A stretch of DNA of 17,329 nt, taken from the IMG/VR virus record IMGVR_UViG_2639763139_000009; one strand, written 5' to 3'. This document shows, one piece after another, positions 16,766 to 17,329 of this stretch (its first letter is position 1; each line of letters opens with the position of its first letter). The notes beneath the pieces are model-generated. The model made no database searches. It saw only the letters and a list, made by a program, of their open reading frames with translations, and had not been told where the DNA came from. This DNA is from a virus. Taxonomy: Duplodnaviria; Heunggongvirae; Uroviricota; Caudoviricetes. Position numbers and translations under genes: made by a program.

Positions 16766-17329
16766 GTGGAAATTAAAAAAATCATTAATCCCCGTTATAC
16801 CGAAAGTGGCGCAGTAGACTGTGACGTTTTTTTTGACGACAGGGACCAGGCAGTTCCCTACACAGCCACCGCTGATGATGTCGCACCGACGGGTCAGCAA
16901 ATCTGGCAGGAACTGCAAAGTGGCAAATGGGGTGAGATAGCCCCATTCACTGTGACACCAGAAATGCTGGAAGCGGCCAGAGAGGCCAGACGTCAGGAAA
17001 TTGAAGCATGGCGCGCAGAACAGGAGGCGAAGCCGTTCACGTTTGAATGGAACGGTCGTATCTGGAATGCTGGCCCCGACTCACTGGGCCGCCTGTCCCC
17101 GGTAGTCATGCTGGCAAAATCTGTCACAGCACAAACACATATGGCGTGGAGCGATGCCGATAATCAGCAGGTGAAACTGTCGATGCCGGAACTGGAAGAA
17201 CTGGCGGCAGCAATGGTGCAGGCGCAGGTCGATCGCAACGATGAGATTTATCGCCGTCAGCGGGAGCTGAAGGAAGAGCTGAATAGTCTGAAGGATTTGA
17301 ATTCGGTTAGGAATTTTATCGTGGAATAA
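16766..17329 (+). CDS. putative tail fibre assembly / chaperone protein
   Basis: GTG start 7 nt after tgagga. Lies immediately downstream of the fibre gene. Acidic coiled-coil C-terminus. The stop codon is the last 3 nt of the window. Confidence 0.5.
   Translation: MEIKKIINPRYTESGAVDCDVFFDDRDQAVPYTATADDVAPTGQQIWQELQSGKWGEIAPFTVTPEMLEAAREARRQEIEAWRAEQEAKPFTFEWNGRIWNAGPDSLGRLSPVVMLAKSVTAQTHMAWSDADNQQVKLSMPELEELAAAMVQAQVDRNDEIYRRQRELKEELNSLKDLNSVRNFIVE

Overview
This window reads as a degraded lambdoid-type prophage that has been heavily reworked by insertion sequences; the IS1/IS2/IS600 load suggests a Shigella or E. coli chromosome. All calls are from reading the sequence and from recalled family features; no database search was run. 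Left to right: a partial IS600 (1-367); a replication module with a DUF1376-like gene split by an IS2 that has a 5-bp target duplication, followed by a DnaC-like helicase loader; small phage genes including an HNH endonuclease and a DUF551-like protein; a hok/mok-type type I toxin locus; an IS1 with a 9-bp target duplication; nin-region genes and a Q-like gene; four tandem tRNA genes (CAU, Arg-UCU, Thr-UGU, Gly-UCC); a 534-aa tyrosine integrase directly after the tRNA-Gly; then a ~760-bp non-coding region carrying an exact 23-bp phage T7 class III promoter, an AT-rich tract and 10-bp tandem repeats. A Rha-like gene is cut at codon 52 by a second IS1, which abuts a 5'-truncated IS600 with a tandemly duplicated right end. 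The window ends with tail-fibre genes: an Stf C-terminal fragment, a frameshifted tfa, an intact Stf-like gene and a second tfa-like gene. The most unusual feature is the integrase-associated element carrying T7-type promoter and origin-like sequence inside an enterobacterial prophage.
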